From: an uncultured bacterium
GTDB taxonomy: Bacteria > Patescibacteriota > Minisyncoccia > Phycocordibacterales > PALSA-1337
Direction: 5' to 3'
DNA length: 51,816 bases
NCBI GenBank assembly: GCA_903825415.1
Contig: CAIKAN010000051.1
Coordinates: 1-51,816 of the forward strand
Both the position numbers and the translations under genes were made by a program. Below are positions 1 through 8,176 of this stretch, one piece after another. Each line of letters opens with the position of its first letter. The stretch's first letter is position 1. Below the pieces are notes generated by a model. It saw nothing but the letters and a program-made list of their open reading frames with translations. It made no database searches and had not been told where the DNA came from.

Positions 1-48
1 CTTGCGTACTTGCGTACTTGCGTACTTGCGTACTTGCGCCTTGCGCAC
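1..48. repeat. tandem octamer repeat at window edge
   Basis: Read directly: CTTGCGTA x4 perfect (1-32), then CTTGCGCC (33-40) and TTGCGCAC (41-48). Confidence 0.9.
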
Positions 49-63
49 TTTTCGTTATTATTC

Positions 64-729
64 CTATTCGGCTGTTTTCAGGTCTTGTATCCCATTCACA
101 GAAACATGATGATCCTCTTTATAGATCTTTTGGCAGATCACAAAGATGGAGTATGTGATGAAGAAAGCTGCGAACACGTCTATAGAATAATGCAGGTGAG
201 CCATGAGCACGATTATGCCGAAGAAGATAGATGATAATATCGAGAAATATCTGATTATCTTATTGTCCCAGAATACGAGGGCGACCAAGAAAGGTAAGCC
301 AGTATGACTAGAGAAGAAGAGGTCATTGCCTGTGGTGAAGACTGCAAAGATACTCGTTGAGACTATGTGAATGTGGGTGGGGAATGGACCTATATGGGTC
401 AGGCTGATAAAAACGGATCGGATGAGCAGGAATATCCCAATACTTTTGAATCCGAAAGGCACTCTGTATGGTTCGTATAAGAAAGCATATACGCCGACTA
501 TGACAAAGAATATTACCGGCCCGTATATGAATATCATATCCACGTCGAATACAGGGATATTACTCAAAATGATATCAGTCACAGATGAGCTAGAACTTTC
601 CGTGGCGTAGATTATGGCAAAATATGAGGCAGTGATCCCGATGATGAGGATGATCAAGCCATATACCAAAGACGAGGCAAAACGCCAGTCCTTCCAGTAC
701 AGCCTATGTACTTGTTTGATGTAGTCCAT
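64..729 (-). CDS. PAP2-superfamily integral membrane protein (PAP2_C / sphingomyelin-synthase-like)
   Basis: 221-aa ORF with multiple hydrophobic spans. SSHTG and HYSIDV resemble the SGH and HYxxD phosphatase motifs. Confidence 0.55.
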   Translation of the reverse strand: MDYIKQVHRLYWKDWRFASSLVYGLIILIIGITASYFAIIYATESSSSSVTDIILSNIPVFDVDMIFIYGPVIFFVIVGVYAFLYEPYRVPFGFKSIGIFLLIRSVFISLTHIGPFPTHIHIVSTSIFAVFTTGNDLFFSSHTGLPFLVALVFWDNKIIRYFSILSSIFFGIIVLMAHLHYSIDVFAAFFITYSIFVICQKIYKEDHHVSVNGIQDLKTAE

Positions 730-892
730 CTTTATAGCTTAGATCCGGTTGGTAGGCTTAGTTCTGCCAAATAGGGAAATATAGCAAGACCATGCTGATG
801 ATGACTAGAATGCTCACCACCATAAAGCCCACACTGATCGCCTTTTTTGATTTTTCATGAAATAGCATAGCGTCTGTAGTATACTGTGAGAT

Positions 893-1291
893 ATGAAATA
901 CGGCAAGCATTCTTCTTGGAACAGATTCGTGGCATCAAAGACGGCCTTGATCATCGTAATTGTGCTCTTTTGCTTCATGGCGAAAGCCGCATGGACCGTA
1001 TATCAGAAATCTCATGCCAGTGAACAGAATCTGAATAAGGCCATTGCCGCTTATGCAGATCTTCAATCTAGACAAACGGATATATTGAAGAAGGTCGCTT
1101 ATCTATCGACGGATGAAGGGGTGGAAGCAGAGATCCGTTCGAAATTCAGAGCAGCCAAGGATGATGAATCCGTTGCGGTCATAATAGGAGAGCAGGGATC
1201 TTCTGGTGCCACGACGGCTCCGACAGTGCAGACTGCTTCTGTAGCCAATATCTCATGGTGGCGGAGAGTCTTGCAGATGGTGGGTCTATGA
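893..1291 (+). CDS. septum formation initiator-like (FtsB/DivIC family) membrane protein
   Basis: N-terminal TM segment (ALIIVIVLFCFMAKAAW), then a coiled-coil stretch and an EAEIRSKF...DDESV tail typical of the family. Confidence 0.45.
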   Translation: MKYGKHSSWNRFVASKTALIIVIVLFCFMAKAAWTVYQKSHASEQNLNKAIAAYADLQSRQTDILKKVAYLSTDEGVEAEIRSKFRAAKDDESVAVIIGEQGSSGATTAPTVQTASVANISWWRRVLQMVGL

Positions 1292-1418
1292 TAGTAAGAT
1301 GAAAGCAAACACAACGTGGTTGTTATTACTATGGGAACTATTTGCGGACATTGCCCGCCGTAGCTTCCGTAGGGAGCGAAGGTCCGCCGCCGCTCATAAG
1401 GAGCTTTGGCGGGACGAT

Positions 1419-1489
1419 GCGGGTATGGTTTAGTGGTAGAATGCGACCTTCCCAAGGTTGAGACGCGGGTTCGATTCCCGCTACCCGCA
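1419..1489 (+). tRNA. tRNA-Gly (anticodon CCC)
   Basis: Manual cloverleaf: GCGGGTA TG GTTT AGTGGTA GAAT G CGACC TTCCCAA GGTTG AGAC GCGGG TTCGATT CCCGC TACCCGC A. 71 nt, no encoded CCA. Confidence 0.9.
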
Positions 1490-1621
1490 CAAAATGAGCG
1501 CAGAGAATTTTGTGCGGGTAAGCAAGCCGCCTGCGCGGCTTGCGTGCGGGAATCGAAAAGTTTGAGCATGTCGCGCGCAGCGAAGCGAGCACGACGCGAA
1601 AACTGTACCGAAGCCGTAGGC

Positions 1622-1643
1622 TTCGATTCCCGCTACCCGCACA
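1622..1643 (+). repeat. exact 22-nt duplicate of the tRNA-Gly 3' end (att-like scar)
   Basis: TTCGATTCCCGCTACCCGCACA at 1470-1491 and again at 1622-1643. Confidence 0.9.
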
Positions 1644-1700
1644 CCGAATTATTATCGCGGTCAAGTTGAATTATGGTCTAAGAAATGATATGTTTAAGGC

Positions 1701-1937
1701 ATGAAAAATATCATCCAATTCTTTGTATCAAATGAAGATCACACCTATACAGCTGAGGGCGTGAATATTCCGATTGTTACCGAAGGCAAGACTTTTGAAG
1801 AACTAAAGACCAATATTCTTGATGCGGTGAAGCTATTCTTCAAAGGTGAAGATGCGACCTTGCTCGGTTTCGGTCCGACACCCTCAATTCTTACCAGTTT
1901 TGAACTCCCCGCAAATCTCCATGGGAGTAATGCTTAG
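1701..1937 (+). CDS. hicB: HicB-family antitoxin (UPF0150 fold)
   Basis: 78-aa ORF. The N-terminal pattern (FVSNEDHTYTAEGVNIPIVTEGKTFEEL) is typical of HicB and the gene sits directly upstream of a HicA-like ORF. Confidence 0.7.
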   Translation: MKNIIQFFVSNEDHTYTAEGVNIPIVTEGKTFEELKTNILDAVKLFFKGEDATLLGFGPTPSILTSFELPANLHGSNA

Positions 1938-1954
1938 AACTCTATCTGGAAGGG

Positions 1955-2164
1955 ATGTTATCAATACTGAAAGGTTTTGGTTTTGTTATGCATGATCAGA
2001 CTGGCAGCCACATCAAATTACGCAGAGTGATGCTAGGTATGAACCAGACATTGATTATTCCGAATCATGATCCTATAGCCAAAGGCACTCTCAAAGGAAT
2101 TCTGAATCAGGCTTCTAAATATATTACGCAGTCGGAGTTGTTGCCGCATTTTTATAGTAAATAA
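1955..2164 (+). CDS. hicA: HicA-family mRNA interferase toxin
   Basis: 69-aa ORF with LKGFGF...GSHIKLRR...IPNH...KGTLKGIL, the HicA dsRBD-like signature. Confidence 0.7.
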   Translation: MLSILKGFGFVMHDQTGSHIKLRRVMLGMNQTLIIPNHDPIAKGTLKGILNQASKYITQSELLPHFYSK

Positions 2165-2362
2165 ATCTGTTTGTCTCTGGTCGCCGCGACCATGGATTAC
2201 CTAACCTCCAAAGATAGTGAGCGGGGGCGAAGTGAGTGCTGTATACGAGCAACTTCTCACAATGCAAGTGATGCATGCGGATAGATACCAAGATTTTGTA
2301 AAGGTTTTCTGGTAAAAAAAGGGTAAATAAAGAGGTCAATTGGTGTTTCGAAAAACAATAAA

Positions 2363-2391
2363 CCCCCTAACGCCTGATTGCGTTAGGGGGG
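2363..2391 (-). terminator. intrinsic terminator of the 2411-2953 gene
   Basis: CCCCCTAACGC / GCGTTAGGGGG stem (2363-2373 / 2380-2390). On the minus strand it is followed by TTTATTGTTTTT. Confidence 0.75.
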
Positions 2392-2410
2392 CGGAAGATA
2401 AACTCTATCT

Positions 2411-2953
2411 TCAGGTGCTTTTGCGTTTTGTGCGTCTGTGCAGGAATACCCAATCAGAGTAGATGCTCCACCGGTAACTGTTCGGTGGACGGACAGCATC
2501 TAATGTGCGCTTACCTTTTTCCCATCTCACTTGAAAGATGCGTCGGTGGCCGAATATATCTGCAATGGGCGCTGCTCCAATAAAGAGACACCTGCCTTTT
2601 GGTAAGCCATCCTGCAAACATAGTTGCGCAGCGACTTCATGCGGACATAGCTCCAACCCGCACCTCACTGCCAAGTTGCAGATTTCGTCATCGGTAGCAC
2701 AATCTCTATAGATGCCGTATCCTGCGCAAACAGTCCCGCTCCGCATGCCAAGTTTATGGGGCGAGGTTACAATCAGTCCCACCTCTTCTTGTTTTTGGCA
2801 GACTACAAAATCTCGTTTACCGATAAGGTTCTTTGCGAAGTAGGTAACATCGTATCCGCTTCTTCGTAAAGCTTCAAGGAAGTCATTAGCCTTTTCGGGG
2901 CCAGAGCCGAGATCAATTTTCTTCAAACTTTCGAAATGAAGGCTTTCTTTCAT
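2411..2953 (-). CDS. hypothetical protein (Cys-rich, 180 aa)
   Basis: Long ORF with its own terminator. No family recognised. Confidence 0.5.
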   Translation of the reverse strand: MKESLHFESLKKIDLGSGPEKANDFLEALRRSGYDVTYFAKNLIGKRDFVVCQKQEEVGLIVTSPHKLGMRSGTVCAGYGIYRDCATDDEICNLAVRCGLELCPHEVAAQLCLQDGLPKGRCLFIGAAPIADIFGHRRIFQVRWEKGKRTLDAVRPPNSYRWSIYSDWVFLHRRTKRKST

Positions 2954-3176
2954 AGAACACTTTCCATTAGACAGTCCTTTTGACAGGCTGTATTGTTAGT
3001 CTCGATGAGACTTTTTTGCAATTCTTGCTATAAGATGGCATGTCAAGCACTATTTGTCAATATCATCACGTTTTGCAATTAAATATTTTCTTGAGAAAAA
3101 AATGTAGGCTTAGTATTATTAGGTATCTTAGACAGACAATAATTCTGAACCAGAAAGGTCCCAACTTCGTATCACA

Positions 3177-3245
3177 ACCCGCACTAGACAAGATTAGATG
3201 GTAGTTCGATTCTACCTACCCGCACTAAAACAAGATGAGATGGTA
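3177..3245 (+). repeat. two 27/28-nt direct repeats flanking a tRNA 3'-half mimic
   Basis: ACCCGCACTAGACAAGATTAGATGGTA (3177-3203) and ACCCGCACTAAAACAAGATGAGATGGTA (3218-3245). GGTAG TTCGATT CTACC TACCCGC A at 3200-3224 is a T-arm plus the tRNA-Gly acceptor strand. Confidence 0.8.
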
Positions 3246-3360
3246 ATTCACGCCACACTTGACGTGTGATGGCAAATATGATTGTATCCACAATGGAGGG
3301 CACTTGGATGACCAGGATGCTCTGCTGCTTGAAAGAACACAATCAACCAAACTCGCAAGA

Positions 3361-4029
3361 ATGAACTCAAGAAAAATGTCCGTGTACGGTCTGATCGCTC
3401 ATTTGTCGGTGCTCGCGATCTTCTCAGGTGCAGGTATCGTGCCTGCGGCCGAGACGAATCTCACGATCACAGAGATCAAGAAGTTGGTGACGGATGCAAA
3501 TCGTCTTAGCGGCGCGTTTACGGAGCTATCGAATGTTGCCCAGACGATTACTGATATGGAATCGGGGAAATGGCATATCGCTGATTTGCCGCCGGTTTAC
3601 AAGGTTGCGGTCGATTATGACCAGCCTGTGTCAAACGCGATCGCCGAAAGCGGCTGTGAGATCCCGCAAGGTTATGTCACAGCGCAGAACGTGGAATCGG
3701 TGATTTCCATGAAAGGGAAGACTAATATCCTCATCTCCCTATATCAGTTAAATGGCCCGACGACACGAGAAAAAATGTGGGGCAACATGGACAAGGAAAG
3801 CCTTCGGCCTGCTAACCTTCTCGAACTTCTCGCTTTTGCCAAGCAATTTCCTAAACAGGAGAAGGGATTCGGAGTGGTCACTTTGGGAGCAAGGGGACTG
3901 AAGGCTCCATTTCGAGACTGGCTCGTCATGGTCTCCGACGGCGGCCTTACAGGAAAAAAGGAAGTGGGCATGACTCAGTTCTTCCTCCAACCGCTACAAT
4001 GGCAATGGTTTGCGGTGGTCCGGAAATGA
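3361..4029 (+). CDS. hypothetical secreted or membrane-anchored protein
   Basis: The ORF-track start at 3259 is TTG. The first ATG at 3361 gives MNSRKMSVYGLIAHLSVLAIFSGAG, a signal peptide or anchor. A terminator follows. Confidence 0.55.
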   Translation: MNSRKMSVYGLIAHLSVLAIFSGAGIVPAAETNLTITEIKKLVTDANRLSGAFTELSNVAQTITDMESGKWHIADLPPVYKVAVDYDQPVSNAIAESGCEIPQGYVTAQNVESVISMKGKTNILISLYQLNGPTTREKMWGNMDKESLRPANLLELLAFAKQFPKQEKGFGVVTLGARGLKAPFRDWLVMVSDGGLTGKKEVGMTQFFLQPLQWQWFAVVRK

Positions 4030-4051
4030 CCGCGTGATTCGGCTTCTCAGT

Positions 4052-4086
4052 GCGCAGCTTATGCCAGCTGCGCCTTTTTTTGTTTC
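4052..4086 (+). terminator. intrinsic terminator
   Basis: GCGCAGCT-tatgcc-AGCTGCGC followed by CTTTTTTTTGTTT. Confidence 0.8.
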
Positions 4087-4135
4087 GCTCGTTCGTATCG
4101 TTTCGAGGTCTTATATGAGAGCAGTTCCTATCTAT

Positions 4136-4297
4136 CTAAACAAGTGCGGCAAAATGAGAGCCGAGAAAATATGGCCAGACGATTATAGCGAGGATCGCTT
4201 TCCAGAATCCCATTTGCAAGAATCCTATGCTGAATAGCCAGCCTATGACCCATACCACTCCAGTGAAACCATGCTGCTCGATGCGAATCTTGTCCAT
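4136..4297 (-). CDS. small (53 aa) hydrophobic membrane protein, below the ORF-track cutoff
   Basis: Hand translation: MDKIRIEQHGFTGVVWVIGWLFSIGFLQMGFWKAILAIIVWPYFLGSHFAALV*. It lies 48 nt downstream of ybjQ on the same strand. Confidence 0.4.
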   Translation of the reverse strand: MDKIRIEQHGFTGVVWVIGWLFSIGFLQMGFWKAILAIIVWPYFLGSHFAALV

Positions 4298-4345
4298 AAT
4301 ATTATTTTTGAGTAAATTTATAAGTTAGTCGATAGCAATCAGCGA

Positions 4346-4678
4346 TCATTCCACTATCACTGCTGTTCCGTAGCACAATACTTCGGTTGTCCCTTGTAGG
4401 AGCTCGGTCGTATCGTAGCGCATGCAGATGACTGCATTAGCGCCTTTTTCTGCGGCATGTTTCATCATCAGATCATAAGCTTCCTCGCGGGTCTTCTCGC
4501 AAAGCTCGGTGAAGAGGGAGATGTTGCCTCCGAGCAGAGTTTGAAGCGAACCGCCTATCGTTCCCACTATCGATCTTGAACGGACGATGATGCCTTTCAC
4601 TATGCCAAGATTCTTGACGATCTTCTTGCCAGGGATCTCCAAACCAGTGGTTGTATTGTTGTGGTCCATTGTATTCAA
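4346..4678 (-). CDS. ybjQ: YbjQ/UPF0145 family protein
   Basis: 110 aa. GIVKGIIVRSRSI...GG...REEAYDLMMKHAAEKGANAVICMRYDT...GTAV matches the UPF0145 pattern. Confidence 0.85.
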   Translation of the reverse strand: MNTMDHNNTTTGLEIPGKKIVKNLGIVKGIIVRSRSIVGTIGGSLQTLLGGNISLFTELCEKTREEAYDLMMKHAAEKGANAVICMRYDTTELLQGTTEVLCYGTAVIVE

Positions 4679-4787
4679 GTTAAAACTTTTAATGATATGG
4701 TGATTATATCATGATAGCGCTCGACATCAGTGAGGGGTTTTGGTGTTCTTTGACAGTAACCCTACATTATGTTAGTCTAAATTCAGT

Positions 4788-4976
4788 ATGAGCGAAGTCC
4801 AAAAAAAGCAGGTGCTTGCTCGCTTGAAATCGAAGATGGTTAATCAGAGGCAGTGTGCCGAAATTGCTGCTCGTCTGAAAGAGTTAAAAGAGCAGGGACA
4901 TATCTCACAAAAGGAAGTTGATGGAGTCCTAGGTATAAAACGGCGGAGGAACCAAAAGCGAGCAAAAAATAAGTAG
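4788..4976 (+). CDS. small basic hypothetical protein
   Basis: 62-aa Lys/Arg-rich ORF followed by a GC hairpin and a T-run (about 4980-5010). Confidence 0.4.
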   Translation: MSEVQKKQVLARLKSKMVNQRQCAEIAARLKELKEQGHISQKEVDGVLGIKRRRNQKRAKNK

Positions 4977-5015
4977 CCGGCGTCCGGGTGGGCGCCGTTT
5001 TTATTACTCAATGAT

Positions 5016-6074
5016 CTAGTTGTACATTGGAGATGGTCCTTCGCTGTCGGCATTAAGATCTATAGGTGTTCGTGATAGTATACTTAGGTCTCTTGCGATC
5101 TCCATGGCAAATTTATCTCCTCGGATATGCTTCTGGATCGTACCACTATCGATGCCTGCTTCTTCTGCCAATTGCAGTATGGTCGCCAGAGTCTGCCTAT
5201 ACATATCGAGAGTCCTTTGGGCGCCAGCTATCGCGACTGGAAGATGCTTAGCTTGTCTCATTTTATCGATCACTTTGCTTAGTCTACCTATGAAGACTGA
5301 CAGTTGGGCTTCGATTATACCGAACAAGACGAAACGATATGGATCAGCTTTGATCTTCTCCTTGATTGATCCAGCTTCTCCTGAATCGTTGATCATCTCT
5401 GCACTATAAGACACGAGACGGTCCAAATTCTCCTGACCAGCTCCCACTACGATTCGCGGCACCTTGAAATTACGTAACTGACCAGTTTTCTCTGAATCGA
5501 AATATTTCACCCGAGCAGAACGTCCTGAATCGATCTCGTCAAAGCATCTGGACAATTTCTGTCCGACATCAGATCTGCTTGCTGCAAAGTCAACGGCGAA
5601 TCCTATGTGCTCATAGCGGCTTGGACCTAGTTCGATCTGAGCCACTGAATCTATGCCATTCTCGAAGTCATCAAATGTGGAAGTCAGAATCATCTTGAGC
5701 TTGTCGGAAAGCCATCCATATTCTTCCAAAGCGCGCCTGAAAACAAATTCAGCGGTCAATCCGCGTTCGGATTGTTCTTTTTTATGAGGCCCCTCCTTTT
5801 CGTTGGCTTGTCGGAATAGCTGCTTTAACTCTTCGCATCTCCGCAGGTCTCGATCGATCTCATCGCTATCAAAATGAGGATGTCCTTTGAATTTTTCGGG
5901 CTTGATCCGTCTTTCCTCCATCTCATCGGAGATCTTTTCAATGTCCAGCAACCCTTGCAGGGCAGGGTCTACATAAGGGCCTTCTGTGGTTTTCATGAGT
6001 ATCATCATAGCACCTTGAAGGGAATGTTCCATAGTGATGGATGGGGAAGCAGTATTTGCTTCGTTATAGACCAT
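5016..6074 (-). CDS. hypothetical protein (352 aa)
   Basis: Long uninterrupted ORF. No family recognised. Confidence 0.6.
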   Translation of the reverse strand: MVYNEANTASPSITMEHSLQGAMMILMKTTEGPYVDPALQGLLDIEKISDEMEERRIKPEKFKGHPHFDSDEIDRDLRRCEELKQLFRQANEKEGPHKKEQSERGLTAEFVFRRALEEYGWLSDKLKMILTSTFDDFENGIDSVAQIELGPSRYEHIGFAVDFAASRSDVGQKLSRCFDEIDSGRSARVKYFDSEKTGQLRNFKVPRIVVGAGQENLDRLVSYSAEMINDSGEAGSIKEKIKADPYRFVLFGIIEAQLSVFIGRLSKVIDKMRQAKHLPVAIAGAQRTLDMYRQTLATILQLAEEAGIDSGTIQKHIRGDKFAMEIARDLSILSRTPIDLNADSEGPSPMYN

Positions 6075-6217
6075 TGAGGCTTATATATACATATATTCAA
6101 AAGCAATGTTCAAAGCTTCCTTCTTTTCTATTGTAATGAACCGTGATTTCATACGGCACAATAAGTAAGCAATAGAAGGAGGTATTGTCGAATCCTCCAT
6201 AATTAACAAAAAATACA

Positions 6218-6367
6218 ATGGATACCAGAGAACAACAGGCTAATGATAGTGCAAATAAAGCTGAAGCTGCAGCAAAGCAAGCTCGTGCGAGTGCGGACAA
6301 AGTTGCTGCAGATGAATCAAGGCAGAGAGCTGAGGCTTCACAAAGAGAAGCGAATAATAGCAAATAA
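6218..6367 (+). CDS. possible 49-aa Ala/Glu/Gln-rich hydrophilic peptide
   Basis: Hand translation: MDTREQQANDSANKAEAAAKQARASADKVAADESRQRAEASQREANNSK*. It competes with the antisense ORF 6097-6363. No clear RBS. Confidence 0.3.
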   Translation: MDTREQQANDSANKAEAAAKQARASADKVAADESRQRAEASQREANNSK

Positions 6368-6394
6368 AATCCCCGCCAGACAAGCCTAGCGGGG
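6362..6394 (-). terminator. intrinsic terminator of the radical SAM gene
   Basis: CCCCGC...GCGGGG stem (6371-6376 / 6389-6394). On the minus strand it is followed by ATTTTATTT. Confidence 0.7.
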
Positions 6395-6411
6395 TGTGAA
6401 GATGACTGCGC

Positions 6412-7986
6412 TCATTTGGGATGAGCGGCGCGATACTCTCTGATAGAGCTCGTGGTGATGGACTCGTAATGCACGAACTTGACTGCGTTGGCGACCGCTT
6501 CGGCAAAGCCGCTCGGCGCTGTAATGGTCGTCTCTGACATGAACCGGACGAATTCCCATGATGGGTGAAGGATCAGGTAGTAACAGAAGACCTTTACCAC
6601 GGTCATGAGATTCCTCAGACTGATCCGATTCTCTCGAGGGAGGCTAGCTTTGCCGAGCCTGTTCCGGAGCGTTCTGCACCTCTCAAAATAATTCCGAGGG
6701 GAGAAGAGCTTCTCCAGAAGATCGATATAAGCCTCGATCAGGGCTTGTTCATCCAGCCGAGGCACGAAATTGAAACTGAAAGCATGGGTATTGTTACCGC
6801 CGCTTTCGCCTCTCAAACGTCCCTCTTGTTGAAGCCTCAAATAGAGGGGCGTGCCGCGGAAGGCATTTAGGAGTCCTGGCATGCACTCAACGATGCCATG
6901 TTCTTGGATGAAGTGGAACAGCGCCATGATATTGGCAAGCTTTTCCATGTCGTTGCCCCAGATGAAACCGGCTGTAACCTTCAATCCAGCTTTTTGGATG
7001 ATAGCGATTTTCTCTCCTTGATCGCCTCTGTTCCGACGTTTCTTAAGCGACTCCAGAACTTCTGGATCGATCGATTCGATTCCCACGAAGACTTCATCAA
7101 AGCCGGCTTGGACCATCATATCTAAGATGTCCCTCATGTCTTCATTGGCCAGATCTATTCCGGCCTCTGTGTAGAACGAGAAGGGGTATCCGTGCTCTTT
7201 CTGCCAAGCGATGAGTATCGGCAAGAACCTCCTGACCTCGCCACGATTGCCGATGAAATTGTCATCGACGAAGAACACGGGCCCGCGCCATCCTGCTCTC
7301 CAGAGGCTTTCGATTTCGGCGATCATCTGTTCAGGTGTCTTGACCCTAGGAATGTGGCCGAACAAGCCATAGATGGCACAGAATTCGCATATATTGGGAC
7401 ATCCGCGAGAATACTGTACGGCCATGCTGGCATAGCGGCGCATCTCGAGCAGTCTCCATAATGGAATGGGTGTGATTGTGATGTGAGGTTTGAATTCTCT
7501 TGTCAGTGCGATGCTTACGCGCGATCGAACCGAAGCCTCGCTGTATATGCGAGGTGCGCGACCGGCGGCGAGGTCTTCAAGGAAGAAGCGGAGAGTAACC
7601 TCTGCTTCGCCGAGAACCAGATAGTCGGCGCCTGTTAGGACGACTTCCTCGGGATAGATAGTGGGGTATGGACCGCCCACGACCACGATCTTTCTTTGGC
7701 GCTTCGATCGTATGATGATCTCGTTGAACGAGTCCTTGTGGACTTGCATGGCGGTGACCATGACGATGTCGGCCCAAGCGATATCGCTATCGCGGAGCTC
7801 TCGAACATTCATGTCGATCAACCGCACCTCGAATAGGTCTTCCGGTAGCATAGCTGCCACGGTCACCAAGCCGAGCGGTATGAGGGCAGCACGTCGACCG
7901 CTCATGCGGACGGCTTTCTGCAGTCCCCAAAATGATGGCGGGAATTTTGGATAGACCAAAAGGACCCGCTTTCTTCCGTATTTCAT
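6412..7986 (-). CDS. B12-binding domain radical SAM protein
   Basis: N-terminal cobalamin-binding-like Rossmann region, then CPNICEFC (the CxxxCxxC radical SAM cluster motif). 524 aa, the length and architecture of class B rSAM/DUF4070 proteins. Confidence 0.85.
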   Translation of the reverse strand: MKYGRKRVLLVYPKFPPSFWGLQKAVRMSGRRAALIPLGLVTVAAMLPEDLFEVRLIDMNVRELRDSDIAWADIVMVTAMQVHKDSFNEIIIRSKRQRKIVVVGGPYPTIYPEEVVLTGADYLVLGEAEVTLRFFLEDLAAGRAPRIYSEASVRSRVSIALTREFKPHITITPIPLWRLLEMRRYASMAVQYSRGCPNICEFCAIYGLFGHIPRVKTPEQMIAEIESLWRAGWRGPVFFVDDNFIGNRGEVRRFLPILIAWQKEHGYPFSFYTEAGIDLANEDMRDILDMMVQAGFDEVFVGIESIDPEVLESLKKRRNRGDQGEKIAIIQKAGLKVTAGFIWGNDMEKLANIMALFHFIQEHGIVECMPGLLNAFRGTPLYLRLQQEGRLRGESGGNNTHAFSFNFVPRLDEQALIEAYIDLLEKLFSPRNYFERCRTLRNRLGKASLPRENRISLRNLMTVVKVFCYYLILHPSWEFVRFMSETTITAPSGFAEAVANAVKFVHYESITTSSIREYRAAHPK

Positions 7987-8112
7987 ATGTTATCCTTTGG
8001 TAAAGCGTTATGTTGAGAAGCGATCTTTTCAAAGATCAGCTCAAATTTCAGTCTAGCACAATATTATTGAAGATTGTCAATATGACAGGGAATAATGGAA
8101 AGGTAAATGGTA

Positions 8113-8146
8113 TAAAAAGAAGCACTACCCATACGCGGGCAGTGCT
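8113..8146 (-). terminator. intrinsic terminator of the oxidoreductase gene
   Basis: AGCACTACCC / GGGCAGTGCT stem with one mismatch. On the minus strand it is followed by TCTTTTTATACC. Confidence 0.6.
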
Positions 8147-8176
8147 GTGTGGCGTGATATTTCTTGCTGAAGGAGG

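Noticed and set aside
1099-1669. ORFs 1099-1569(-), 1338-1664(-) and 1406-1669(+).
   Set aside because: They overlap the tRNA-Gly gene and its repeat or palindrome trailer. Their Arg/Ala/Cys-rich junk composition marks them as non-coding.
4010-4237. The 75-aa plus-strand ORF after the secreted-protein gene.
   Set aside because: It spans the strong terminator at 4052-4086 and has junk-like composition. The minus-strand 53-aa membrane ORF is the better candidate for this space.
6097-6363. The 88-aa Cys/Ala-rich minus-strand ORF as a RiPP precursor for the adjacent radical SAM enzyme.
   Set aside because: Its start codon lies in the U-tract directly downstream of the rSAM terminator hairpin. 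Its composition is what the antisense of a GCN-rich stretch produces, and there is no leader/core logic visible.
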